Source of the DNA: Nitrosopumilus sp.
GTDB taxonomy: Archaea > Thermoproteota > Nitrososphaeria > Nitrososphaerales > Nitrosopumilaceae
Length of the DNA: 64,000 bases
Assembly: GCA_965207075.1 (NCBI GenBank)
Contig: CBDBLO010000002.1
Location: forward strand, 736,001 to 800,000
Direction of reading: 5' to 3'
Shown: positions 40,468 to 51,028 of the stretch, piece by piece
Position numbering within the stretch: the first letter of the stretch is position 1
Layout of the letters: each line of letters begins with the position of its first letter
Notes under the pieces: generated by a model
The model's input: only the letters and a program-made list of their open reading frames with translations
Told to the model about the DNA's origin: nothing
Databases searched by the model: none
Translations under genes and position numbers: made by a program

Positions 40468-40992
40468 TTATTTTTCGTTTAGTTTTGTGGATAGGTTTTT
40501 GATCTCCGTTTCAATTAGTTCTAGTAACGTTTCCTTTATGTCGTTAAATTTTTGATTAAATTCATATTCATATCTTTCTACCGGCGGTAAACTCTCAATA
40601 TATTCTTGCGTTTTCATCATCTCTTCTTCAATCTTTTCATCGGGATAATCCTCTTGTTCTGGTTCTTGAATATAATACGGGTGCTGTTTTTCAAATTCTT
40701 CTATTTCTTGTGATTTGACATCTACAAACTGTTTAACTTTATCATCAATCCAAACTCCTTTGTCTGAATTAAAAAATGCCTGCAAATCAGAAAAAGCTTC
40801 ATGACCCTTTTCGGATTTCTTAATAATATACCTCATGCGCATATAAGATTCAACAAAGTACTGCTGTTTTGACATGTTAAGAATTTTTGTAGAATTAGTA
40901 ATCGCTTTCCTATGAAAATATACTGAAACGCCTAGAATTGCCCCAGATACAACTAAAGCGAATACAGAAATAATAGAAGTAAACGATTCCAT
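40468..40992 (-). CDS. AT-rich hypothetical protein with N-terminal TM
   Basis: 174-aa ORF between the two hairpin repeats. Confidence 0.7.
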   Translation of the reverse strand: MESFTSIISVFALVVSGAILGVSVYFHRKAITNSTKILNMSKQQYFVESYMRMRYIIKKSEKGHEAFSDLQAFFNSDKGVWIDDKVKQFVDVKSQEIEEFEKQHPYYIQEPEQEDYPDEKIEEEMMKTQEYIESLPPVERYEYEFNQKFNDIKETLLELIETEIKNLSTKLNEK

Positions 40993-41038
40993 CAGTATAG
41001 TCCGTCATGGATTGATGTATTTGAATGATCTGTCGACG

Positions 41039-41110
41039 GGTGCGGGTGCGATTTCATGATATGGATCAGAGTCTCGACTAAAATCCATGTCACGAATTCA
41101 CACCAGCACC
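41039..41110. repeat. 72-bp imperfect hairpin repeat, copy B
   Basis: GGTGCGGGTGCG…GGATCAGAGTCTCGACT…CACACCAGCACC. Confidence 0.85.
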
Positions 41111-41153
41111 GATTCTCATATACTTTAAATATCTCTAGTTACATCACTTGTGA

Positions 41154-41444
41154 TTGCGAAAAGGGAGATATTTTCACTATAAGCTAGTTCTGTTACAATA
41201 TCTGATGGACAGCAATTTCATTATAAAAATAGGTGAAGATTTCACTGAATCTACTGGCCTGGCACAAGAACTATGCATTCCTATTAGCTCGTGGTATGAT
41301 ATAACGCGCGATCTAGCAAAATCTTGCCAGATCATAATAAGGCGTAAAAACCGTCAAGTTGCAGGAAGGAGTGTTTACATGGTTCATGAAATACAGCTTA
41401 CAAAGGATGGGCTAGAGTTTTTAACTCGTTTTAGTCATGCGTAA
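41154..41444 (+). CDS. Small winged-helix-like protein (possibly truncated)
   Basis: LAQELCIP.SSWYDITRDL…IQLTKDGLEFL, MarR-like ending. Confidence 0.5.
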   Translation: MRKGRYFHYKLVLLQYLMDSNFIIKIGEDFTESTGLAQELCIPISSWYDITRDLAKSCQIIIRRKNRQVAGRSVYMVHEIQLTKDGLEFLTRFSHA

Positions 41445-41931
41445 AAATTGCATGATCGTTACGAGTTATCTGATTTTTTATTAATGCATAAAGTGCCGCA
41501 CCAGAACATGCCAGTGTTAGACTCTCACTATAATTTAGAATCAAGTCTGCGTATGGAAATGTAATATCAAAGTAATTCTCAATAACCATGCCTATAATTC
41601 TTCTATCGGACTAATATATTTTCTTAGTTGGGTACTAGTGCAAGTTCGGGATATGGAATCTAGGCACGGCATTGTTACCTTATTTTAATCCTATTGTTGA
41701 CAGGGACTGTGAAGTCTACGTGAGTCGGGACAGGCTGTAAAGTACGTGAGTTGCGGATTTCTCTGAGGTGCTGGAGCAGTCATTAAACAGGCACGATCTT
41801 AAACCTCAATTTCCTCAGCCTCATAACTGGAAACAGATGGCAGTTCTTGTATGCCGCTATGTATCCCGACACCTGATAACTCTACTACCACGAGTCCAGA
41901 AGTTAATATACAACGTCCCTGTAGGCGTGAC

Positions 41932-42228
41932 ATGAACAAGGACACAATCATCAGCCAGATAAACGACAAGGTAGACAATACAGGCATAGAGAACAAACCC
42001 AACCTGACGCGGAAAGAAAAATATCCCTACTGGTACATTGGCATCACAGACGATCCGGATAGGCGAAAGCAGGAGCACATAGATAACAAAAAGAATGTTA
42101 AATTCTGGACAGAGTGGCCCGTGGATAACGAGGATGATGCTGGCGAGATAGAGAAGCACTTCCATGATCTCCGCATGAAGGGTAGCGGCGGCGGTAGCAA
42201 GAATCCTACACACGTTTACATCTATTGA
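41932..42228 (+). CDS. Small GIY-YIG-like (permuted) protein
   Basis: WYIGITDDPDRR..EH, A..IE..F, C-terminal VYIY. Confidence 0.6.
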   Translation: MNKDTIISQINDKVDNTGIENKPNLTRKEKYPYWYIGITDDPDRRKQEHIDNKKNVKFWTEWPVDNEDDAGEIEKHFHDLRMKGSGGGSKNPTHVYIY

Positions 42229-42657
42229 CAGTCCACAAAAACCGGGTATTGTTTTCAATTCAGTGGGTCGGCGGTAGGCACGGGGATATACCACATTATC
42301 GCACCCCTCCGGGCGGCCCGGGGTGCCTGACAAACGTGAACGGATCTCGCCTTTCGGGCCTGGTACTCAACACCATAGCCAGGATCGTGGGCGAGCTTAA
42401 AAACGACTCGCGAAAGGAGGTAGCGGGCCCGCGCCGGCCCGCGCCGTTATGATGCCTGAGGACGCGAACCGGCCGCGGGACGGCCCGCGGGGGGCGCCGC
42501 CGTGCCGGGCAGGGACGATCGCGGGCGGGGAAGATATTCTCTCAGGCGCCGCATGCGGGCGTAGCCCGGCAGGGACGCGCCCGGCTGCGGGTTCCTGATC
42601 GGGCGCAGGTGGGGCGGCGCCCGGGCGGCGGGGCCGCATTCCGCAGGTGTTATTAAG

Positions 42658-45600
42658 GTGTCTTTTCAACAAGTTTCGTTGATGCACGCACCGTTCGAGC
42701 GCGACGGCCTCTTGCATGCGCGTGCAAGCCGCCGTCCCCGGGGGGGGGGGGGTGCAACAAAGGCGTCCTGCATAATTGTACTCCTTGCGGTCCTGGTGGC
42801 CTTGGGGTCTGCCGACCATTCCTACGCGCAGACCAGCGTTTCAGACAGGGACGTCGTTCTTCCGGGCAACGACGCCCCCCGCGGCATCTGGTCCGACGGC
42901 ACCACCATGTGGGTCGCAGACGATACTGATGACAAGATCTACGCCTACACGCTCGCCGACGGGACCCGCGACGACACCAAGGAGTTCGACCTCGACCCGG
43001 AAAACGCCGACCCTGCCGAGATCTGGTCCGACGAGACCACCATGTGGGTCGCAGACTATATTGACGGCAAGCTCTACGCCTATACGCTCGCCGGGGGCGC
43101 CCGCGACGTGGACAAGGACATCACCCTTGCCGACAGCGACACCCCTGCAGAGGACAACGGCAGTCCCTGGGGCATCTGGTCCGACGGCACCACCATGTGG
43201 GTCTCAGACTATGCTGACGGCAAGCTCTTCGCCTACACGCTCGCCAACGGCACCCGCGACACCTCAAGGGAGTTTGACCTCCACGCCGACAACGCCGTCC
43301 CTTATGAAATCTTGTCCGACGGCACCACCATGTGGGTCACAGACATTTTTGATGGGAAGCTCTTCGCCTATACCATATCCACCAAGGCCCGCGACGCCGC
43401 CAAGGACATAGACCTCCACAGTGACAACGTTTCTCCTTACGGCACCTGGTCCGACGACACCACCATGTGGGTCGCAGACGATGTCGCTGACAAGCTCTTC
43501 GCCTATACCATATCCACCAAGGCCCGCGACCCTTCCAAGGACATGGACCTCCACGGCGACAGCGGCGACCCGTGGGGCATCTGGTCCGACGGCACCACCA
43601 TGTGGGTCTCAGACTGGCGTGACGACAAGCTCTACGCCTACGCGCTCGACGGCGGCGCCCGCGACGACACCAAGGACATGGACCTCGCTGCGGCCAACGA
43701 AGACCCACGCGGCATCTGGTCCGACCGCACCACGATCTGGGTCGCGGACGCTGTTGCTGCCAAGATCTACGCCTATACGCTCGCCGACGGAACCCGCGAC
43801 CAACCAAGGGAGTTTGACCTCCACGCCGACAACGACGCCCCCCGCGGCATCTGGTCCGACGGCACCACCATGTGGGTCGCAGACTTAAATGATGACAATC
43901 TGTACGCCTATACGCTCGCCAACGGCACCCGCGACGGCACCAGGGACGTCGACCTCGCCGCCGGCAACTCCGATCCTCACGGCATCTGGTCCGACGGCAC
44001 CACCATGTGGGTCGCAGACTTACTTGATGACAGGCTCTACGCCTATACACTCGGCGGGGGCGCCCGCAGCGACACCAAGGACATAGACCTCCACGGCGAC
44101 AACGGTTCTCCTGCCGGCCTCTGGTCCGACGGCACCACCATGTGGGTGGCAGACCATGGTTCTGACAGGCTCTTCGCCTATGCGTTCCCAAGCGGCGGCG
44201 TGCCGGACGGCTCCCGCGACTCCGCAAAGGACGTCGGCCTTGACGACGTCAACGCCAACCCAGAAGGCATCTGGTCCGACGGCACCACCATGTGGGTCGC
44301 GGACTTGGCTGAAGAAAAGCTCTACGCCTATACGCTCGCCGACGGCACCCGCGACACCTCAAAGGACGTCGACCTCTACGCCGACCCCCGCGGCATCTGG
44401 TCCGACGGCACCACCATGTGGGCCGCAAACTCTATTGACGACAGGCTCTACGCCTATACGCTCGCCAACGGCACCCGCGACACCTCAAGGGAGTTCGACC
44501 TCCACAGCGCCAATACCAACCCCGCCGGCATCTGGTCCGACGGCACCACCATGTGGGTCGCAGACAATCACGATGACAAGCTCTACGCCTACAAGCTCTC
44601 AGACGGCACCCGCGACACCTCAAAGGAGTTCAACCTCCACAGCGCCAATGACAACCCCCGCGGCATCTGGTCCGACGGCACCACCGTGTGGGTCGTCGAC
44701 GATGGTGACGACAAGCTCTACGCCTACAGGCTGTCAGACGGCAGCAGGGACGCGTTGCGGGATTTCGACCTCCACGGCGCCAACGTCGATCCTTTCGGAG
44801 TCTGGTCCGACGGCACCACCGTGTGGGTCGCAGACAATACTGATGACAAGCTCTTCGCCTACGAGCTCCCGGACAGCAGGGACGCCGCAAAGGAGTTCGG
44901 CCTCGTCCACGACAACCCCCGCGGCCTCTGGTCCGACGGCACCACCATGTGGGTCGCAGACATTGTTGATGCCAAGCTCTTCGCCTACAAGATCTCCAAC
45001 GGATTCCGCGACCCCGGCAGGGACGTCGACCTCCACGCCGACAACTTCGCGCCCTACGGCATCTGGTCCGACGGCATAACGATGTGGGTATCAGGCGAGG
45101 ATGGTGACAATCTCTTCGCCTACACCATGTCCACCAAGGCCCGCGACTCTTCCAAGGAGTTCGACTTCGCCGCCGACAACAACGATTCCGCCGGCATCTG
45201 GTCCGACGGCACCACCATGTGGGTCTCAGACTGGCGTGACGACAAGCTCTACGCCTATACGCTCGCCAACGGCACCCGCGATGCCGGCAAGGACATAACG
45301 CTCCACGCCGACAACGCCGACCCCCGCGGCCTCTGGTCCGACCGCACCACGATCTGGGTCGCGGACGTTGATGATGACAAGCTGTACGCCTACAAGCTCT
45401 CAGACGGGAGCCGCGACCAGTCAAGGGAGTTTCCCCTCCACGGCTCCAACGCCGACTCCTCCGGCGCCTGGTTCGACGGCACCACCATGTGGGTCTCAGA
45501 CTGGGGTGACGACAAGCTCTACGCCTACGCGGCCAGGAGCGTCGTCGACGCCGGCGCCGCCCCGGCAGTCGACGCCGGCCCTGACCTGGCAGTCGACGAG

Positions 45601-48600
45601 GGCGGCTCGGTCACCCTGAACGGCACGGCGACCGACCCCGACGGCGACGACCTTACGTACTTTTGGACCGCCGGCCCCGGCGCGCCCGGCGGCGCCATAA
45701 CCGACGGCACCGCGCTCAACGCCACGTTTGTCGCGCCGCTGGTCGCCGCCGACACAGAGTTCGCCCTCACGCTTACGGCCAGCGACGGCGCGGACGCGGC
45801 ATCGGACACCGTCACCGTGACGGTCAGGGACGACGGGTTCAAGCTCGACCCGGAAAACGGCATAGCCACCGGCCTCTGGTCCGACGGCACCACGATGTGG
45901 GTCGCAGACCTTGCCGATGAGAGGCTCTACGCCTACGCGCTCGACGGGACCCGCGACTCTTCCAGGGACGTCCAATTTACCACATCCACGACCAATGCCC
46001 TACAAATCTGGTCCGACGGCACCACGGTGTGGGTCGCAGACGAGGTTTTTGGCAACATCGAAGCTTATGAGTTCTCGACCGGCGAGCCCGACGACGACAA
46101 GGACATAGACGTCGACACCGTCACCTACGGCGCACCCGGGGGGGTCTGGTCCGACGGCACCACGATGTGGGCCGCATCTGATAGCAGGCACCTCATCGCC
46201 TACGCGCTGGCCGACGGCACCGTCGACGCCGGCAGGGGGTTCGCCTTAGCCGAAAGCGCCATTCCTTCAGATGACAACGGCGATCCAACCGGCATCTGGT
46301 CCGACAACACCACCATGTGGGTCGTCGACGATAGTGACGACAAGCTCTTCGCCTACACGCTCGACGGGGGAGCCCGCGACCCCGGCAGGGAGTTCGACCT
46401 CGACCCAGGCAACGACGATCCCAAAGGCATCTGGTCCGACGGCACCACCGTGTGGGTCTCAGACAGTATTGATGACAGGCTCTACGAATACCCCCTGCCG
46501 GACAACGCGCTCCCGCAGGTAGACGCCGGATCAGACCGCACGGCCTACGAGGGCGACACGGTCACCCTGGCGGCCATAGCGACGGACAGCGACGCCGGCG
46601 ACGCCCTTACGCACTACTGGACCGTCAGCCCGGCCACGCCGGCCGTCGCCATAGGCAACGGCACCGCGCTGAGCACCGCGTTCGTCGCGCCGGACGTCGA
46701 CGCGGACACCGCGTTCACCTTCACGCTTACCGCAAACGACGGCACGGCAGACGCCACCGACACCCTTACCGTGACGGTCCGCGACGGCGCGCCGCCTGAC
46801 GGCCCACGCGACATCGCGAGGGAGCTTGACCTCGCCGAAAGCGCCTTTCTCATAGAGGACAACGGCGATCCTGCCGGCGTCTGGTCCGACGGCACCACCG
46901 CGTGGGTCGCGGACTGGGGTGAAGATAAGCTCTACGCCTACACGCTCGGCGGGGGCGCCCGCGACCAATCAAGGGAGTTCGACCTCGACAGCGCCAACGT
47001 TTTACCCGGAGGCGTCTGGTCCGACGGCACCACCGTGTGGGTCGCAGAAACGTCTGTTGCCAAACTCTTCGCCTACTCGCTCTCAAACGGCACCCGCGAC
47101 ACCGCAAAGGAGTTCGACGCCGACGGCCACTTTTTTATCAGTGGCATCTGGTCCGACGGCGCCACGATGTGGATCTCAGACTCGAACATGGGCAAGCTCT
47201 TCGCCTACTCGCTCTCAAACGGCACCCGCGACGGCACCAAGGACGTCGGCCTCGCCGCCGGCAACTCCGATCCTTACGGCATCTGGTCCGACGGCACCAC
47301 CATGTGGGTCGTAGACCAACTTGGTGATAAGAAGCTCTTCGCCTACACGCTCGCCGACGGCGCCCGCGACCCCGGCAGGGACGTCGACCTCCACGAGGAC
47401 AACGCCGACCCTTACGGTGTCTGGTCTAATGGCACCACCGTGTGGGTCGTGGACAACGCTGATGACAAGCTCTACGCCTATGCCCTGCCGGACAACGCGC
47501 TCCCGCAGGTAGACGCCGGATCAGACCGCACGGCCTACGAGGGCGACACGGTCACCCTGGCGGGCATAGCGACGGACAGCGACGCCGGCGACGCCCTGAC
47601 GTACTCTTGGACCGTCAGCCCGGCCACGCCGGCCGTCGCCATAGGCAACGGCACCGCGCTGAGCACCGCGTTCGTCGCGCCGGACGTCGACGCGGACACC
47701 GCGTTCACCTTCACGCTTACCGCAAACGACGGCACGGCAACCGTAACCGACACCCTTACCGTGACGGTCCGCGACGGCGCGCCGCCTGACGGCCCCCGCG
47801 ACATCGCGAAGGAGTTTGACCTCGCCGAAAGCACCTCTATTGAAGAGGACAACGGCGATCCTTACGGCATCTGGTCCGACGGCACCACCGTGTGGGTCGC
47901 AGACAAGGGTGATGAGAAGCTCTACGCCTACACGCTCGGCGGGGGCGCCCGCGACCAACCAAGGGAGTTCGACCTCTACGAGGACACCATCAATTTTTCC
48001 GGGTATAACCAATCTCCTTTCGGCATCTGGTCCGACGGCACCACCGTGTGGGTCGCAGACTATACTGATGACAAGCTCTACGCCTACGCGCTCGCCGACG
48101 GCGCCCGCGACCAACCAAGGGAGTTTGACCTCCATGCCGACAACGCCGATCCCACCGGCGTCTGGTCCGACGGCACCACCGTGTGGGTCGCAGACAATGG
48201 TGATGACAGGTTCTTTGCCTACGCGCTCGCCGACGGCACCCGCGACCAACCAAGGGAGTTTGACCTCCACGCCAACAGCACCGCTCCTGCCGAGGACAAC
48301 GCCGATCCAACCGGCATCTGGTCCGACGGCACCACCGTGTGGGTCGCAGACGGTACTGATGCCAAGCTCTACGCCTACACGCTCGCCGACGGAACCCGTG
48401 ATGCCGCCAAGGATGTTAGCCTCGACTCCGACAACGCCGATCCCACCGGCATCTGGTCCGACGGCGCCACCGCGTGGGTCGCAGACTTAAGTGATGACAG
48501 GCTCTACGCCTACACGCTCCATCCCAACGATCCCCCTGCAGTCGACGCCGGCTCAGACCAGACAGTCGACGAGGGCGACGCGGTCGCGCTGGCCGGCACG

Positions 48601-50127
48601 GCGACTGACCCCGACGGCGACGACCTCACGTACTCCTGGGCCGTCAGCCCCCCCACCCCGGACATCACGATAAACGGCGGCGACACCCTGAGCCCCACCT
48701 TTACGGCCCCAGAGGTCGACGCGGACACCGAGTTCGCCTTCACGCTCACCGCCAGCGACGGCACGGCCGCGGCGTCAGACGCGGTAACGGTAACAGTCCG
48801 GCACGCCAACGCGCCCCCGCAGGTAGACGCCGGGGCGGACCGCACGGCCTACGAGGGCGACGCGGTCGCGCTGGCCGGCACGGCGACTGACCCCGACGGC
48901 GACGACCTCACGTACTCCTGGGCCGTCAGCCCCCCCACGCCCGCCATCACGGTAAGCGGCGGCGACACCCTGAACCCCACCTTTACGGCGCCGGGCGTCG
49001 ACGCCGACACGGCCTTCACCTTCACGCTCACCGCCAGCGACGGCACTGTAGATGCCGCCGACGCCCTCATAGTGACGGTCCGCAACGTCGGCGCGCAGGA
49101 GCCCGTCGCCGACGACACGCCGGAAAGCGCCCTCACGGTCAGGGCGGGGCCGGCCCAGGTGGTGCCGGAGGGCGGCACGGTGGTGCTGTCGGGCGCCGCC
49201 GCGTCCCCGGGCGGAGGAGACATCGCGTACGCGTGGAGCCACAACGGCCCCCCAGCACTGGCGCTCTCCGGCGCCGCCTCCCAGACCGCCAGCTTTACGG
49301 CGCCCCGGGTGGACCGCGACTGGCACGTCACCTTCAGGCTGACGGCAAGCGACGGCGAGCACTCGGCGTATGACACCGTGCTGGTCATAATCAGGGACAT
49401 GCAGGCGGCGCGGCAGCAGAACGCGGCGCCGTCCCTCGCCCTCCCGGGCGGCCCGTACGTGCAGCTCATGAGGGGCGCCGCCTACCAGGGCCCCTCGTGC
49501 CACGACGCCGAGGACGGGATTATCGCGGGCATCTCCTCCACGGGCGCGGTCGACACCGGGACCCCGGGCACCTATACGGTCACGTACACCTGCACCGACA
49601 GCGGCGGCCTCTCGGACTCCGCGTCGCAGACCGTGGTGGTACACGCCTACAGGGCCCAGGTCGTCATGGGCCCGCCGAACCCCGCGATACTCGAGGTGGG
49701 CGCCCCCTACTCGGACCCCGGAGCCTCCTGCGAGTTCCCCGACGGCTCAAGCGGCCCCGCCGCCGTGGCGCGCAGCACCGTGGACACGTCGAGGCCCGGC
49801 ACGTACCTGGTCTCGTACGCGTGCAGCGGCCCGGAAGGCGAGGTCCTTGCCGCCGAGTCCAGGCGCGTCATAGTCAAGAGCCCCGGCGCCGACCTGGCGC
49901 CGGTCATACACCCCCCGTCGCCGATGACCATAACCGCGGGCCAGGCGTGGACCGACCCCGGCATAACCTGCACCGACGACCTCGACCCGGACCCCGTCGT
50001 GAGGGTGGCGGCCACGGACCTCGACATCTGGACGCCGGGCGAGTACCGCGTATACTACACGTGCACCGACGACGCCGGGAACGGGGCCACGGCCTCCCGG
50101 GTAGTCACGGTCGCGCCGCGGCAGTAG
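42658..50127 (+). CDS. Giant secreted surface protein: 35 'GIWSDGTTMWV' beta-propeller blades, PKD/REJ-like domains, C-terminal Ig-like (DUF5011-like) domains
   Basis: Signal peptide …LVALGSADHSYA; ~45-aa repeats in blocks of 20+5+5+5 separated by P.VDAG.D..V.EG..V.L domains; VDT..PGTY.V.Y.C.D repeats. Confidence 0.9.
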   Translation: MSFQQVSLMHAPFERDGLLHARASRRPRGGGGATKASCIIVLLAVLVALGSADHSYAQTSVSDRDVVLPGNDAPRGIWSDGTTMWVADDTDDKIYAYTLADGTRDDTKEFDLDPENADPAEIWSDETTMWVADYIDGKLYAYTLAGGARDVDKDITLADSDTPAEDNGSPWGIWSDGTTMWVSDYADGKLFAYTLANGTRDTSREFDLHADNAVPYEILSDGTTMWVTDIFDGKLFAYTISTKARDAAKDIDLHSDNVSPYGTWSDDTTMWVADDVADKLFAYTISTKARDPSKDMDLHGDSGDPWGIWSDGTTMWVSDWRDDKLYAYALDGGARDDTKDMDLAAANEDPRGIWSDRTTIWVADAVAAKIYAYTLADGTRDQPREFDLHADNDAPRGIWSDGTTMWVADLNDDNLYAYTLANGTRDGTRDVDLAAGNSDPHGIWSDGTTMWVADLLDDRLYAYTLGGGARSDTKDIDLHGDNGSPAGLWSDGTTMWVADHGSDRLFAYAFPSGGVPDGSRDSAKDVGLDDVNANPEGIWSDGTTMWVADLAEEKLYAYTLADGTRDTSKDVDLYADPRGIWSDGTTMWAANSIDDRLYAYTLANGTRDTSREFDLHSANTNPAGIWSDGTTMWVADNHDDKLYAYKLSDGTRDTSKEFNLHSANDNPRGIWSDGTTVWVVDDGDDKLYAYRLSDGSRDALRDFDLHGANVDPFGVWSDGTTVWVADNTDDKLFAYELPDSRDAAKEFGLVHDNPRGLWSDGTTMWVADIVDAKLFAYKISNGFRDPGRDVDLHADNFAPYGIWSDGITMWVSGEDGDNLFAYTMSTKARDSSKEFDFAADNNDSAGIWSDGTTMWVSDWRDDKLYAYTLANGTRDAGKDITLHADNADPRGLWSDRTTIWVADVDDDKLYAYKLSDGSRDQSREFPLHGSNADSSGAWFDGTTMWVSDWGDDKLYAYAARSVVDAGAAPAVDAGPDLAVDEGGSVTLNGTATDPDGDDLTYFWTAGPGAPGGAITDGTALNATFVAPLVAADTEFALTLTASDGADAASDTVTVTVRDDGFKLDPENGIATGLWSDGTTMWVADLADERLYAYALDGTRDSSRDVQFTTSTTNALQIWSDGTTVWVADEVFGNIEAYEFSTGEPDDDKDIDVDTVTYGAPGGVWSDGTTMWAASDSRHLIAYALADGTVDAGRGFALAESAIPSDDNGDPTGIWSDNTTMWVVDDSDDKLFAYTLDGGARDPGREFDLDPGNDDPKGIWSDGTTVWVSDSIDDRLYEYPLPDNALPQVDAGSDRTAYEGDTVTLAAIATDSDAGDALTHYWTVSPATPAVAIGNGTALSTAFVAPDVDADTAFTFTLTANDGTADATDTLTVTVRDGAPPDGPRDIARELDLAESAFLIEDNGDPAGVWSDGTTAWVADWGEDKLYAYTLGGGARDQSREFDLDSANVLPGGVWSDGTTVWVAETSVAKLFAYSLSNGTRDTAKEFDADGHFFISGIWSDGATMWISDSNMGKLFAYSLSNGTRDGTKDVGLAAGNSDPYGIWSDGTTMWVVDQLGDKKLFAYTLADGARDPGRDVDLHEDNADPYGVWSNGTTVWVVDNADDKLYAYALPDNALPQVDAGSDRTAYEGDTVTLAGIATDSDAGDALTYSWTVSPATPAVAIGNGTALSTAFVAPDVDADTAFTFTLTANDGTATVTDTLTVTVRDGAPPDGPRDIAKEFDLAESTSIEEDNGDPYGIWSDGTTVWVADKGDEKLYAYTLGGGARDQPREFDLYEDTINFSGYNQSPFGIWSDGTTVWVADYTDDKLYAYALADGARDQPREFDLHADNADPTGVWSDGTTVWVADNGDDRFFAYALADGTRDQPREFDLHANSTAPAEDNADPTGIWSDGTTVWVADGTDAKLYAYTLADGTRDAAKDVSLDSDNADPTGIWSDGATAWVADLSDDRLYAYTLHPNDPPAVDAGSDQTVDEGDAVALAGTATDPDGDDLTYSWAVSPPTPDITINGGDTLSPTFTAPEVDADTEFAFTLTASDGTAAASDAVTVTVRHANAPPQVDAGADRTAYEGDAVALAGTATDPDGDDLTYSWAVSPPTPAITVSGGDTLNPTFTAPGVDADTAFTFTLTASDGTVDAADALIVTVRNVGAQEPVADDTPESALTVRAGPAQVVPEGGTVVLSGAAASPGGGDIAYAWSHNGPPALALSGAASQTASFTAPRVDRDWHVTFRLTASDGEHSAYDTVLVIIRDMQAARQQNAAPSLALPGGPYVQLMRGAAYQGPSCHDAEDGIIAGISSTGAVDTGTPGTYTVTYTCTDSGGLSDSASQTVVVHAYRAQVVMGPPNPAILEVGAPYSDPGASCEFPDGSSGPAAVARSTVDTSRPGTYLVSYACSGPEGEVLAAESRRVIVKSPGADLAPVIHPPSPMTITAGQAWTDPGITCTDDLDPDPVVRVAATDLDIWTPGEYRVYYTCTDDAGNGATASRVVTVAPRQ
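42740..42752 (+). repeat. G13 homopolymer in 5' coding region
   Basis: CCCC-G13-TGCA upstream of the signal peptide codons. Confidence 0.9.
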
Positions 50128-50373
50128 CGCGCCGCCGCCCATCACGCCGGTCCGCGAGGCGGCGCTCATGCCCGGGGCAGGCCGGACCCCCCCAGGAATC
50201 CGGACCGGCGCATCCAAAGAAGGGAGCCCCCCCACGCCGGCGGGCTCGCGCCGCCGGCATAAAGATCACATGACCAACCCTGCAGTCTGGGAAGGGCGCC
50301 GAGTTCATACGTATGCGCCCCCCACCCCGCCCATACCTTGGCGCACCGGTTGCGGCTCTGGACGGCCCTCCCC

Positions 50374-51009
50374 GTAACTGGTTGGGTTGAGCACGAGGCC
50401 AGACTTTCCAGATCATCAGATCTATCGTACTGGGCACGCACAGACGCAGTGTCAAGCCCCTCCGGGGTCAAGCTGCTGCGAGACGAGCTCGCACGGGTCA
50501 CGGCGGGGGTCAAAGAGGGATGCGGCCCTGGAGCAGCTGAACATACAGAACGAGCGGATGAGGGGTCAGCTGGGCGGGGGAGGCGGGCGCATCACATGCT
50601 ACGAGAGCCCGCACAGCCCGCCGTCTGCCAGCCCCATCCCCGAGAGGCGGAAGAAGGCGGCCCCAAGGAAGGACCCGGCGGACTACAGGAGGCCCGGGCG
50701 GAGGCCGGGGCGCGGGGGCGTCTCGCGCGGCCGCAGGCCGTCGCCGACCGTACACCACGTCCCCGGCAAGTGCGGGGGTGCGGCCGCGTCACGGAGGCCC
50801 CGTCGCTGTACGAGGACGGCGTCGGGGTTGCAGTCAGGGGGACGTCACTCGGGCCCGTCCTCGCCTCAAGGGCGGTGCAGATGTGGGAGAAGCACGTGAG
50901 CACGAGCGGGATCGCGGACATACTGAACGACGCCTTCGGGATTCAACTCGGGAGGGCCGCGGCGCAGGGCGCGCTGGCGGCCGCGGCGCACGAATTGGCA
51001 CCAGCGCCT
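50374..51009 (+). pseudogene. Truncated IS66 copy (left part)
   Basis: Starts GTAACTGGTTGGGTTGAGC; near-identical to the reverse complement of ~53150-53814. Confidence 0.85.
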
Positions 51010-51028
51010 GTAACTGGTTAGAATACCT

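Noticed and set aside
39264-40480. Several short ORFs of 67-128 aa
   Set aside because: Fragmentary and overlapping without recognisable motifs; probably pseudogene debris.
42880-48530. Regular ~135-bp repeats with conserved core and variable spacers, superficially CRISPR-like
   Set aside because: They are in-frame coding repeats of one 2,489-aa ORF, inter-core segments are homologous, and no cas genes are present.
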